Part shown: piece after piece, positions 9,901 to 17,975 of the stretch
How positions within the stretch are numbered: position 1 is the first letter of the stretch
Layout of the letters: each line of letters opens with the position of its first letter
NCBI GenBank assembly: GCA_963832135.1
Contig: CAWHTD010000012.1
Span: 76,902 to 140,901, forward strand
Length of the DNA stretch: 64,000 bases
Reading direction: 5' to 3'
Source: Vicinamibacteria bacterium
Lineage (GTDB): Bacteria; Acidobacteriota; Vicinamibacteria; Vicinamibacterales; JAENWD01
The notes under the pieces: generated by a model
Databases searched by the model: none
What the model was told of the DNA's origin: nothing
The model's input: the letters and a program-made list of their open reading frames with translations, nothing else
Program-made: the position numbers and the translations under genes

Positions 9901-12487
9901 GGCGGCTGCGCGCATGGTTCTGCGCGGCGGTCGCGGCGATTTGACAGCGCAGCTGGAACATCCGGCGCCCTGGCTGAACGATGACGACCTGGTGCCGGCG
10001 GAACCCCTTACCGTTCCACCTCCGGCGGCTGCGCCCGTTTCGATTCCGCCGCTCGTCATGGAGAACGGCATCGGGGGCTTCTCGCCCGATGGTCGGGAGT
10101 ATGTGGTGGTGCTTGAAGGCGACCGCGAAACCCCCTTACCGTGGTCGAACATCCTGGCAAATCCGGACTTCGGAACGATGGTGAGCGCCTCGGGTTCGGC
10201 CTTCACATGGGCTGAGAACAGCCGGGAACATCGGCTGACGCCGTTCGCCAACGACCCCCTCTCCGATCCCACCAGCGAAGCGATCTACATCCGTGACGAG
10301 GAAACGGGAGCAGTATGGGGTGCGACGCCAGGTCCCCTGCCTCGTCGCGCAGACGGCGGCCGCTGGGTGGTTCGCCATGCCGCCGGCGCTACCCGTTACC
10401 AGCACGCCGTCGCTGACGTGCGGCAGGAGCTTGCCGTGTGCGTGTCGCCCGACGACCCGGTGAAGCTCGCCATCTTGACCATCACGAATGGATCGTCCGT
10501 ACGGAAGCGCTTGAGCGTGTTCGGTTATGTGGAATGGTGCCTCGGTCCGCCGCGGATCGGCGAGCGCCGATTCGTGACCACAAGGCGCGAGACCAATGGC
10601 GCCCTTTTCGCCAGCAATACTTACGTCGCCGACTTTCGCGACCGTGTCGCCTTTTTTCACGCGACCGAACAAGCCCGCTCGCATACATGCGACCGCGCGG
10701 AGTTCATCGGTCGCAATCGCACCGCCAGCCGTCCGGCGGCGCTTTCTCGCCAGCGATTGACCGGAGCGTGCGGCGCCGGACTGGATCCCTGTGCAGCGCT
10801 GCATCTCGATCTCTCAATCGAACCAATGGCAAGCCGGCGCATCGCGTTCGTGCTCGGGGAAGGACGCGATCTCGATCACGCCCGCGAGCTCGCGGCGAAA
10901 TACTCTTCGTTGATTCGCGTTGACCTCGCGCTCGCGAACGCAGAGACCCAGTGGAACGATGCATTGGACGCCATTCGGATTCAGACGCCCGATGATTCGT
11001 TCGACCTGATCGTCAACCGCTGGCTACCGTATCAGACGCTGAGTTGCCGAATCTGGGCACGCAGTGGTCCGTACCAACCAGGCGGGGCGTTCGGATTTCG
11101 CGATCAACTGCAGGACGTGCTGGCCCTCGTGTACACGCGACCCGAGCTGTGCCGCGCGCACCTGCTGCGCGCCGCGGCGCGGCAGTTCGTCGAGGGCGAT
11201 GTGCAGCATTGGTGGCATCCGCCGAGCGGTCGAGGCACGCGGACCCGCTGCTCGGACGACCTCCTCTGGTTGCCCTACGGTGTTGCGGCATACGTGTCGC
11301 GGACCGGTGACCACTCGATTCTGGACGAGGTCGTACCATTCTTGCATGCACCACTCCTCGAACCTGGCCACTCCGAGGTGTACGACCTGCCCCAGATCTC
11401 CGCCGAGGCGGCACCGCTGTTCGAACACTGTCTGCGCGCGATTGCCCACGCCACACGGTACGGGGCACACGGACTCCCATTGATGGGATCCGGCGACTGG
11501 AACGACGGTATGAACCGCGTAGGCCACGAAGGCCGCGGTGAAAGCGTGTGGTTGGGATGGTTTCTGGTCCGTGTATTGACTGACTTCGCCAGCCTGTGCG
11601 CGAAGCGTCATCGCCCTGACCTGGAACAGAAATTCCTCCAAGATGTCCGTTGGCTTACCGGCATGCTCGAGTTGTCGTGGGACGGCCGATGGTATCGTCG
11701 CGCCTACTTCGACGACGGCACGCCACTGGGATCTGTGCAGAACGAGGAATGCAAGATCGATTCGCTGACGCAGTCGTGGGCCGTTTTGTCCGACGGTGCG
11801 CAACCGTTGCGAGCGAGGCAGTCCATGGAAGCGGTGCGAGCGCAGCTGCTCCGACGAGACGCACAGATCGTCCTACTGCTCACACCGCCCTTCGATCGCA
11901 CAACGCGTGATCCCGGCTACATCAAAGGCTATCTTCCCGGCATCCGCGAAAACGGCGGGCAGTACACGCATGCGGCACTCTGGGCCGTCATCGCGTTGAC
12001 ACGGCTCGGGCTCGGCGACGAAGCGATGGAGCTGTTTCACATGCTCAATCCGATCAACCATACGCGCACCGCTGAAGATGTCGAGCGCTATCAGGGCGAA
12101 CCGTATGTGGTCGCCGCGGATGTGTACGCGCATCCGATGCATGTTGGCCGCGTCGGCTGGACGTGGTATACGGGTTCCGCCGGATGGATGTACCAGGGAG
12201 CGATTGAAGGGATCCTTGGTTTCCGCCGCCAGGGGCCCACGTTCACCCTGAATCCTTGTATTCCGCCGATGTGGCCCGCCTTCTCTATGGAATGGAGAAT
12301 CGGCCGGACGCATTACCGGATCAACGTGACCAATCCCGAGCATCGTTCAGGCGGTGTAGCATCAGCGACCTTGGACGGTGTCGCAGTTAATCGCCACGCC
12401 ATTCCACTGACCGAGGACGGCCATTTACACAACATCGAAATCATCCTCGGTCGACAAGGCGCGCCGGTGCAGCAGGAATCCGCCTGA
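3977..12487 (+). CDS. ndvB: Cyclic beta-1,2-glucan synthase (NdvB/ChvB/Cgs-type; membrane GT84 domain plus C-terminal GH94 phosphorylase-like domain)
   Basis: An uninterrupted ORF of 2,836 aa, the size typical of Cgs/NdvB. It has a central glycosyltransferase region (ITLDSDTRLPRD, QPRI, RQFRWIRGDWQ) flanked by TM segments. The C-terminal GH94-like region includes NRWLPYQTLSCRIWARSGPYQPGGAFGFRDQLQD and GDWNDGMN. Confidence 0.85.
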   Translation: MSSSVAVDDITESQPGRSIELLGIERLEEHARRLAALFTVARRPQNRGRTHLRRLSGNMRALRTTYRALSVDASRGEPASPATEWLLDNFHVATEAARDIARDLPPSFFRRLPTIVADEFEGMPRIHALALELIRSSAGHLDAQRLSRFIVAFQSVSPLTIGELWAWPSMLKLALLEHLRGRGDVLSAARTERQRADRVARAVESAPQAPPRDWPEHVHPAFATRLLQRCREYGEAASRLRQQLSSALASEGQSIEDAIREEGQHQASEHASISNLIGSLRLVSSFDWSEFFESVSLVEQILHRDPAGVYGQMDFRSRDRYRHAVEELAEPTGEGQIRVALKAVERARRVAESTAKVRETHVGYYLIGNGRRQFERSVDWTPLPAQRLRRWFFRYATPGYLGTIGVGTVLLVLVGLQYAYVHGWRGASLLAVAALTVVPASELVIQIIQYIVSRLIPPRRLPRLELDLVPGDCRTMVIVPTILDSATQARELLAHLEVQALGNVDPHIHFALLADFRDAASETSPRDADILAEARAGIKALNAKHADGGSTRFFLFHRQRQWNAGEAVWMGWERKRGKIEEFNRLLRGATDTSFVVTEGDMTVLQQVRYCITLDSDTRLPRDVARQLIGIIAHPLNRPIFNAKLGRVTEGYGILQPRISVTFASAAGSLFARLYSGHTGVDPYTTAVSDTYQDLFGEGIFTGKGLFDVDSFNAALADSVPENALLSHDLFEGLHVRAALVSDIELVDEYPSSVLTHARRQFRWIRGDWQILFWLFPFVPSRRGLTRNTLPLIARWKILDNLRRSLLLPALLALLAAGWTALPGADWAWTSAVMVVLASQLLPLAANLVTGPGRSQSIPVFLRNLARDIAVAIMQVVLSVTFLAFHAFDALHAISLTLVRLIVTRRRLLQWETAATTAAKAAGMAGRGEVSRFYAAMIASPVIAAGLAVLFLFTRTDAWGAATPFLILWLSAPVIAYRLSVPAGARMRPLRSAERVRLRHTARKTWRYFETFVTADDAWLPPDNYQEDDGGRVAHRTSPTNVGMSLLSTLAAHDLGYLTTPTLLERLDRTLTTLEGLERYRGHFFNWYDTRTLAPLHPRYVSSVDSGNLAASLIAIAEGLRQLARRPQTTAQLIAGLRDNASLLAIASSDHGTEAPGSSTISHIARSIATETQGEFADAVAQRLRLLSTELSAVPTSDPGIGFNPEGDVQYWREAVLQSIAALDAPRQTDINTCGMIAARAAALADDMRFEFLYDRRKRIFAIGYRLADAEGPGRHDGSFYDLLASEARLVSLVAISKGDVPQHHWFHLARPVTSVHGRATLVSWGGTMFEYLMPMLLLRAFPGTLLDQSCRASVVRQIDYGKQRGVPWGISESAYAFTDRAGNYQYRAFGVPGLGLKRGLADDLVVAPYATALAAQVDPAAAAENFIRLAKDGLDGRFGFYEALDYRPRNRDIDQAPDTAPAPAVVRAFFAHHQGMSLVALTNVICNDAFVARFHADPRVQASELLLQERVPREAILSEPRPDDGAERAATVPSPSVYASRRFRSPHTASPHTQFLSNGRYTSALTHAGGGYSAWGGLAITRQREDRTSDAGSHFIFLRDPWSGYVWSPTYQPICREPDRYDVTFDLDKVTFDARNGDFETHLQISVSSEDDVEVRRLSIVNRGDRAREIEVTSYAEIVLAPPADDFAHPAFGKLFVETAIDTQSAGLLFSRRPRSTDEPAAWVFHVLGVEGRLGGAVEWETDRARFIGRGRSPANALALDGRALSSTTGAVLDPIAALRDRVRLAPGAVARVTFATGVATERDAALTLARKYRDGHVASRAFSMAFTHVHTALQHLGLTDDQAILFDRLASRLFAADVSCISPVDVAHNALGQSDLWGYGISGDLPIALVRVTEADGLSLVRQLLLAQEYWRVKGLRSDVVVLNEHPAEYLDETQNALTALLQEARWASWNNRSGGMYLLRADGMSDADRRLLAAAARMVLRGGRGDLTAQLEHPAPWLNDDDLVPAEPLTVPPPAAAPVSIPPLVMENGIGGFSPDGREYVVVLEGDRETPLPWSNILANPDFGTMVSASGSAFTWAENSREHRLTPFANDPLSDPTSEAIYIRDEETGAVWGATPGPLPRRADGGRWVVRHAAGATRYQHAVADVRQELAVCVSPDDPVKLAILTITNGSSVRKRLSVFGYVEWCLGPPRIGERRFVTTRRETNGALFASNTYVADFRDRVAFFHATEQARSHTCDRAEFIGRNRTASRPAALSRQRLTGACGAGLDPCAALHLDLSIEPMASRRIAFVLGEGRDLDHARELAAKYSSLIRVDLALANAETQWNDALDAIRIQTPDDSFDLIVNRWLPYQTLSCRIWARSGPYQPGGAFGFRDQLQDVLALVYTRPELCRAHLLRAAARQFVEGDVQHWWHPPSGRGTRTRCSDDLLWLPYGVAAYVSRTGDHSILDEVVPFLHAPLLEPGHSEVYDLPQISAEAAPLFEHCLRAIAHATRYGAHGLPLMGSGDWNDGMNRVGHEGRGESVWLGWFLVRVLTDFASLCAKRHRPDLEQKFLQDVRWLTGMLELSWDGRWYRRAYFDDGTPLGSVQNEECKIDSLTQSWAVLSDGAQPLRARQSMEAVRAQLLRRDAQIVLLLTPPFDRTTRDPGYIKGYLPGIRENGGQYTHAALWAVIALTRLGLGDEAMELFHMLNPINHTRTAEDVERYQGEPYVVAADVYAHPMHVGRVGWTWYTGSAGWMYQGAIEGILGFRRQGPTFTLNPCIPPMWPAFSMEWRIGRTHYRINVTNPEHRSGGVASATLDGVAVNRHAIPLTEDGHLHNIEIILGRQGAPVQQESA

Positions 12488-12530
12488 GGCGGACGATCGT
12501 CGCCTCGAGCGGCGCTGGCTGCGGGCGTGA

Positions 12531-13020
12531 CTATCTATCCGCTTGCGTCTGCCCTTGCTGCGCGAGACGTGCGAAGGTTGTGTGTCGGGTAGCGCGCCAT
12601 TCGCACTTTCGAGCCGCGAGCTCCTGATTGGTCTCTCTGTAGTACTCCGCGAGAATCCGGCATGCGTCTGGCACCAGGCTGTCGTCTCGATCCATGGAGT
12701 CTTCGACCAGGGCGATGCCCTTCGAGTCCATGCGATCAAGGAGCACGCGCCCGGCTGCCAGACTCGCTGCCGGGTGACCCTGTTCCGCGGCGGACTGATA
12801 GATCGGCAGCGCCTCGTCTGAACCCTCGAGGGTCTCGACCAGCTCCGCGCGCTTGAACAATTCGTCGGGGGTGGGACTCTCGAGGGCCGCCAACTGATCG
12901 AGCGCGGCTCTTCGATCGAGATACTCCACACGATGCTGATTCCAGGATTCGCCGTTCCTCGTGATCCATCCATGATCGAGCCGGCCGGCGAGCTCTTCGA
13001 GCTCCACACCGAGGGTTTCC
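12531..13020 (-). CDS. Acidic helical ORF, possibly the detached C-terminal part of the upstream M48 protease (frameshift) or a separate small gene
   Basis: Sequence with good coding character (EETLGVELEELAGRLDHGW...ALPIYQSAAEQGHPAASLAAGRVLLDRMD...) begins immediately after the M48 stop, offset by 1 nt. The N-terminal 40 aa of the listed 12531..13139 ORF overlap M48 and look non-coding. Confidence 0.4.
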
Positions 13021-13971
13021 TCACCTGCAGAGCAGCCGGCCGGCGGAGGCATCCTGTACCGGCTCGTCGAGGCGGGCAAAACGCTCGCGCAGCGAAGGAT
13101 GCGTGTCCTCGGGCTCGGTCTCGCGGGCGAAGAGCTCATTCAGCATGTCGGTCGACGTAATGCGAGCGTGCCACGTCAGCATCTGAGAGTACGGGCGGGG
13201 CGGCTCAGAGGCTGTTTGATGGCTGATCTGGATCGCCGGCCAATGAGTGTCATCCGCGAACCGCGCACCTGATTCGAAGACCACGAGCGCATCGGCAGCC
13301 GCGCGACTGCCGGCAACCTTCGCGGCGACACGGTCGGCAACGAGCTCGTGGCGACGGGCGACCTCCGCTGAGGCTGCGTTCAGCCGCGGCACATACCAGC
13401 GAATGAGCCAATAAACGTACACGGGAGTCGCCAGCCTTCGGTCCAGCGCCGCCCGGAGCGCGAGCCAGCTGCGACGAGTCCGGTAGACCCACGCCGCGAA
13501 GGCATCGTGGGCGTCCGAGAAATGCGCGAGCTCGTGCGCAATGACGGCGCGCAGCTCCGCCATCGACAGCGTGGTGAGCACCGGCAATCCGAGCACAACC
13601 GTACGGCGTCGGCGGAACCGCCACGGCGGCGAGTAGACCACCGCACTTGCATTGAAACCGCCAGTGATGATGATGTTGTCGATCGGCGGCGCATCGATGG
13701 CGCGCCGGATTTCTTCAACGAGTTCGTAAAGAGCGCGACCCTCGAACGGGGCGAGCAGTAGACCTTCGGGTGCGGGAATCCTGCAGAAGCACGCTCGGAT
13801 GGCGCTGACCGTGCTCCGGATCAATGGCACGGTGACAAACACCGCGACGAGACCGACGATGGGCCGACGAGACCAGAGGCCCCAGAACAGAATCGCGAGT
13901 TCGGCGACGAAGATCGCGAGGATACCGGCGAGATAGAGCTGGCCCTCGATGATGACCAGCAGGAGCTTCAT
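13021..13971 (-). CDS. M48-family zinc metalloprotease (HtpX-like), membrane-anchored
   Basis: It has two N-terminal TM helices and an HExxH motif (IAHELAHF). A THPSLRERFARL segment is typical of the M48 C-terminal region. Confidence 0.8.
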   Translation of the reverse strand: MKLLLVIIEGQLYLAGILAIFVAELAILFWGLWSRRPIVGLVAVFVTVPLIRSTVSAIRACFCRIPAPEGLLLAPFEGRALYELVEEIRRAIDAPPIDNIIITGGFNASAVVYSPPWRFRRRRTVVLGLPVLTTLSMAELRAVIAHELAHFSDAHDAFAAWVYRTRRSWLALRAALDRRLATPVYVYWLIRWYVPRLNAASAEVARRHELVADRVAAKVAGSRAAADALVVFESGARFADDTHWPAIQISHQTASEPPRPYSQMLTWHARITSTDMLNELFARETEPEDTHPSLRERFARLDEPVQDASAGRLLCR

Positions 13972-14178
13972 GAGTCGTCTTCGTCGTCTGCGCGGACGCC
14001 GAGTTTCTCCAGCGCCTTGAGCGTCTCTTCTGCGACCGTGTGATCGGGATCCAGCGCAAGCGCGCGCCGGTAGCTGCGCGCCGCCATCTTGACATCGCCC
14101 TTCCCCGCAAGCGCGTGTCCGAGATTCGTGTGCGCCATCGGCAATCGAGGGTCGAGCGTGATGGCGTGGGTCGCATCA
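13968..14178 (-). pseudogene. Out-of-frame continuation of the upstream TPR gene (about 66 codons of canonical TPR sequence after its stop)
   Basis: Shifting 1 nt at about 14176-14185 reads AIADATHAITLDPRLPMAHTNLGHALAGKGDVKMAARSYRRALALDPDHTVAEETLKALEKLGVRADDEDDS*. Its TGA (13968-13970) overlaps the M48 ATG (ATGA). Confidence 0.7.
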
Positions 14179-15297
14179 GCGATCGCGCAGATCGTGCTCG
14201 CCGTTCAGATAATAGGCGTAGGCGCGATTGGTGAAGGCGATGGGGTACTTCGCCCTGAGCTTGATGGCGCGGTTGTAACTCTCGATCGCGGCATCAAGGT
14301 CGCCTTTCTTCTGATAGGCCGTGCCGAGATTGCTGAACGCGGTCGCGAGCTTCGGGTTGACGGTCGTCGCGTACTTCAGCGCGTCAATCGAGCGATCGAA
14401 GTCGCCCTGCCTCAAGAAGTCGACCCCTCTGTTCATGTGCGCTTCGGCAGCGCGCGGAGAAAGCTCGGTGACTTTCCGAAAGTCCGCATCGGCACGATCC
14501 CCGTCCCCCAATTTCGAGTGCGCGATGCCGCGCAGGTTATAGAGGTCAGCCGACCGCGGTGAGAGGGCGATTGCCTGGTCGAGGTATTCGATGGCCTTCG
14601 AGGTGAAATTCTCGTTGTGGAGATAGAGCGTCGCCATTTTCGCGAGCCCGCTCGACTTGCTCGAGAGGATCGCCATCAGCACGGCCATGGGCACCATGAA
14701 CACTGAGGCGGCCATCGTGCCAACGAACGCCTCTGACCAGGGAGGATTCGCGCTGGCATAGAAGGCTCGTTGAAGGCCGGTCGCCGACCACGTGGAGAAT
14801 CCACCCAGCGGCAACGCAGCGAGCAGCCAGGCGTCCTCTGTTCGGATGAAGCCCGGATTGAGCGAGCCATAAATCAGTCCGATAAACAGACCGCCCCCAA
14901 CGCTCACCGTGTAAGCGAGCCAGACAGTTTCGATCCGGCTCCCCAACACTGCCACCATCGCCAGAAGAAATGACCAGAAGAAAGCCAGGACGGCCTGCCA
15001 CGCGACCGTTGGGCCGAGCAGTCGCGTGCTCAGGGGCTTGAGTGCGCGCAGGAGAAGAGCGCCGGCAATCAAGTAGCCGATGAAGATCACCCAGGAGGAT
15101 CGGACCTCGTCGCTGAACGTGAAGCCGCTGAAGGCGCCGGCAATTGCGGACACGAGGATGATCCACACCGCCGCGCCGATTCGCGACCCGCCGTGGAGGA
15201 GCGTCGGTTCCAGTGCCGCGGCTTGTTCGATCAACTCCTCATCGTCGATGTGGACGCTGAGGTCGTCGAACCATTCCGTCGGATCTTTCAATGTCAT
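14176..15297 (-). CDS. Multi-pass membrane protein with a C-terminal TPR repeat domain (apparently truncated by a frameshift)
   Basis: The N-terminal half has about 6 hydrophobic helices. The C-terminal half has repeated TPR consensus (AIALSPRSADLYNLRGIAHSKLGD, AIKLRAKYPIAFTNRAYAYYLNGE). Confidence 0.75.
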   Translation of the reverse strand: MTLKDPTEWFDDLSVHIDDEELIEQAAALEPTLLHGGSRIGAAVWIILVSAIAGAFSGFTFSDEVRSSWVIFIGYLIAGALLLRALKPLSTRLLGPTVAWQAVLAFFWSFLLAMVAVLGSRIETVWLAYTVSVGGGLFIGLIYGSLNPGFIRTEDAWLLAALPLGGFSTWSATGLQRAFYASANPPWSEAFVGTMAASVFMVPMAVLMAILSSKSSGLAKMATLYLHNENFTSKAIEYLDQAIALSPRSADLYNLRGIAHSKLGDGDRADADFRKVTELSPRAAEAHMNRGVDFLRQGDFDRSIDALKYATTVNPKLATAFSNLGTAYQKKGDLDAAIESYNRAIKLRAKYPIAFTNRAYAYYLNGEHDLRDR

Positions 15298-15597
15298 ATA
15301 CCACTCGTGAATCGGTCTGAGCGGCCATCCTCAATAGTCCTTCCTCGGACCAGATATCGAGCCGCGTCCGCAAGATTCTACGCCCCAAGGTTGCGACACC
15401 ATGGACACGACCGCCAGGGTGAGACGCGCACTGTCGCCCGACAATGGCGCCTGCGCCGGTTTGGACGCGCATTCACTCAGAATTTCCAGGGATTTCGAGT
15501 TTCTGGTCGCTAGGCAGAGACAATTTCAATCGCCTCCGCGTCGCGTTTACAATCGGGCTCGCAACAGATCGGTTCTATCTCGGCAAGAGGCGAAAGT

Positions 15598-16293
15598 ATG
15601 CGAATACCTCCGATGCGGCTCCTCTGTTTGAGCTCAGCGTTGCTGCTCGCAACTGCCTGGCTGACGGCTGGCGGTCCGCGCCAGGTGATCAGAGCCGACC
15701 GTACCAATCTCCTGACGCTCGCAATCAATCCAAGTTGCGAGGAATACACCTGGCCAAACGTGTCAATCACGTCCGCGACGCCCACGTCGCCGTGGCGCCT
15801 CGCCGCCGCAAAGCGAATCTGCGCGGTCCTGTCGGCCGACGGAGTCACACTTGGAGTAAGAACAGATGGCCTCGTTGCGAAAGTGAACGGTCAGCCCCAG
15901 AACGTCGAAACCTTCGTTGCCACGATGTACAGCGGTGCCTCCTTTCAAGCACGGGATACGCGGGTCGTCGTTCTCGCCTCTGGCGCTATGAGCTTCTCCC
16001 CAGCGTCCGCCGAGGCAACGCTTGTGTCGTTGCCGAGCGAGTTAGAGCGGGTCCGCCGACAGGTGCAATTCGTTCAGGCCCAGTACAACCTGGAGAAGAC
16101 GGTGACGGTAATTGACCTGAAAGTAGCCCGTGACGAATCGCTGGCGTTCGCTGGCCGAGCAGACCAATCAACGGAAGCCGCTGCCATGAGGGCGACATTC
16201 ATGGAATCGTGCCTGGCGCGATACTGGGACCTGCCCTACGAGCGTACGATTCTCTGCGGACTCGGTGCCGCAATGATCAGACTCACGCTGTGA
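15598..16293 (+). CDS. Secreted hypothetical protein (first gene of a 4-gene operon)
   Basis: It has a signal-peptide-like N-terminus (MRIPPMRLLCLSSALLLATAWLTAGG) and balanced composition. It lies 14 nt upstream of the next gene on the same strand. Confidence 0.55.
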   Translation: MRIPPMRLLCLSSALLLATAWLTAGGPRQVIRADRTNLLTLAINPSCEEYTWPNVSITSATPTSPWRLAAAKRICAVLSADGVTLGVRTDGLVAKVNGQPQNVETFVATMYSGASFQARDTRVVVLASGAMSFSPASAEATLVSLPSELERVRRQVQFVQAQYNLEKTVTVIDLKVARDESLAFAGRADQSTEAAAMRATFMESCLARYWDLPYERTILCGLGAAMIRLTL

Positions 16294-16307
16294 GCGCGGT
16301 GACATCC

Positions 16308-17063
16308 ATGCGCGCATCTCAGATCCTCAGGGCAGTCGCCGCGCTGCTGGTTTCCATTTTTCTCAGCGCGTGCAGTCTTGTCACCAGCATCGAGAAGTCC
16401 GAGATCAGGAGGCTGGAGATCCAGAGAGACGCTTTGAAGCAGCTCAAGACTGAGCTGCGCGACCCGAACTTCGCTGTCGACAAGCAGGACCTCACGCTCT
16501 TCGTGAGCGGATCCCTTTTGAACGCGGTGCTGGCAGGTGTCGACCAGACACAGGTGCCGGTGCCAGGCTCGACCACCGCTGTCCTGCAGGTCAACTCGAT
16601 TCGGTACAACGGCGAGGACGCCTCGGGGCTGTTACGGCTCGACGCTCAGGTCAGCGACACAAAATTCAACCTCGCGCTTAAGGTGCGGATCGTCGCCAGG
16701 ATCGTGCTGCAGGGGTCTGAGGACAAGACGAAGTTGATTGGCCGCGTCGTCGTCGAGAACATTGCGCCAGAGATCCAGTGGAACTGCGCGCGCTGGCGGG
16801 CCCTCACCCTGGCGCGGCGGGTTCTCACCGCCAAGGTGCAAGACTGGGCACTGAACCAGGTCAAGGTCGAAATCCCGCTGTCCCACGCCGTCGTGATTGA
16901 CGTTCCTGCTACCGACAAGCCCGTTGTGGTCCCAGTGCCAGCAGGCACGATCACCGGGCAACTAAAGGTGCCCGCATTCGAATACGAGGAGGTCGTCGCG
17001 ATCCGAGGCATATGGCTCCTGCGAGATGGCATACACGTTCTAGTCAAGTATGGAGCTTCCTAG
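16308..17063 (+). CDS. Putative lipoprotein, unknown function
   Basis: The ATG at 16308 gives MRASQILRAVAALLVSIFLSAC (a lipobox-like LSAC). Its stop is directly abutted by the next ATG (TAGATG at 17061-17066). Confidence 0.6.
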   Translation: MRASQILRAVAALLVSIFLSACSLVTSIEKSEIRRLEIQRDALKQLKTELRDPNFAVDKQDLTLFVSGSLLNAVLAGVDQTQVPVPGSTTAVLQVNSIRYNGEDASGLLRLDAQVSDTKFNLALKVRIVARIVLQGSEDKTKLIGRVVVENIAPEIQWNCARWRALTLARRVLTAKVQDWALNQVKVEIPLSHAVVIDVPATDKPVVVPVPAGTITGQLKVPAFEYEEVVAIRGIWLLRDGIHVLVKYGAS

Positions 17064-17960
17064 ATGAGATTCACGGGTCTCCTGTCCCTCGCGACGGTCC
17101 TGTCGTGTATGACGTCCCCGGCCTTCGCGCAGTCCAAGAAACAGCTCGAGCAGGAAGTCGCACAGTTGAAGCAGGACGTGAATCCGCTGGTGATCCCGCG
17201 GCTCGAGACAGCTGGTGTGAAAGTCGACGTTGCCATGGCGCCCGTTGAGCGGTTTTTCGCCTTTGTTCAGAGTCTGACTCCGGCGAAGCGCCGAGTCACG
17301 TGGGACATGACGAGGGCCACCGGGCAGCTCGTCGAGTGGCACGGCGAGTGCAAAATCGGCGACCTCAAGATCGGTGACCTGGCGACGTTCGCTGAGTTCG
17401 ATGGCGGGAACGTCAACGGCGGCGGCTTCGTGTATCGGCCGCGGGACGGGCTCGAAGGCATCCAGCTGCGGACGCTTGCGGCTGTCTGGGATGCCGTGCA
17501 CAGGCGAGTCACGATTAGAGTTGCGGCGGGCGCAGATTTCTCTCTGCCGACGGTGCGGCTCTTCGTGGACTTCGATTGCCTTGGCGGAGGGGAAGAGATC
17601 GGAAAGGTTGGACCGCTGACGCTGAAGACGGGCGCCAGCGCTGAGGCGACGCTCGGCATCGGACTGGGAAGCACGCAACTGTTCTCGGCAACCGCTCCGC
17701 TCCAATTGAACGGGGACGCGCAGCTCTGCGCGAGCTTCGGCTCCGTCGGCAGCCTTTGCATTCGCGTAGAACAGGCAGCGAACCTGAATCTCGCCTGGGA
17801 GTTCGGCGGGCCTGTCACAAGCGAGGGCACTATCGTGATTCCTGGCGGAGCGCAGCCGGTCACGAGAACCTACCAACTGAACCTCTCGAGACGCACAGCG
17901 GGCACGTGGGTGAGGGGCTATTCGCTGTCGATGACGCCAAGCATCGTCTGGCGTCCGTAG
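17064..17960 (+). CDS. Secreted hypothetical protein
   Basis: It has a signal peptide (MRFTGLLSLATVLSCMTSPAFAQ) followed by a short coiled-coil-like segment (KKQLEQEVAQLKQDV). I recognised no family. Confidence 0.6.
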   Translation: MRFTGLLSLATVLSCMTSPAFAQSKKQLEQEVAQLKQDVNPLVIPRLETAGVKVDVAMAPVERFFAFVQSLTPAKRRVTWDMTRATGQLVEWHGECKIGDLKIGDLATFAEFDGGNVNGGGFVYRPRDGLEGIQLRTLAAVWDAVHRRVTIRVAAGADFSLPTVRLFVDFDCLGGGEEIGKVGPLTLKTGASAEATLGIGLGSTQLFSATAPLQLNGDAQLCASFGSVGSLCIRVEQAANLNLAWEFGGPVTSEGTIVIPGGAQPVTRTYQLNLSRRTAGTWVRGYSLSMTPSIVWRP

Positions 17961-17975
17961 CTTACGGGGTTTCAC

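Noticed and set aside
12425-13024. A 199-aa minus-strand ORF overlapping the 12531..13139 ORF in another frame.
   Set aside because: It is Ser/Arg/Trp-rich with poor composition. The alternative frame has clearly better coding character.
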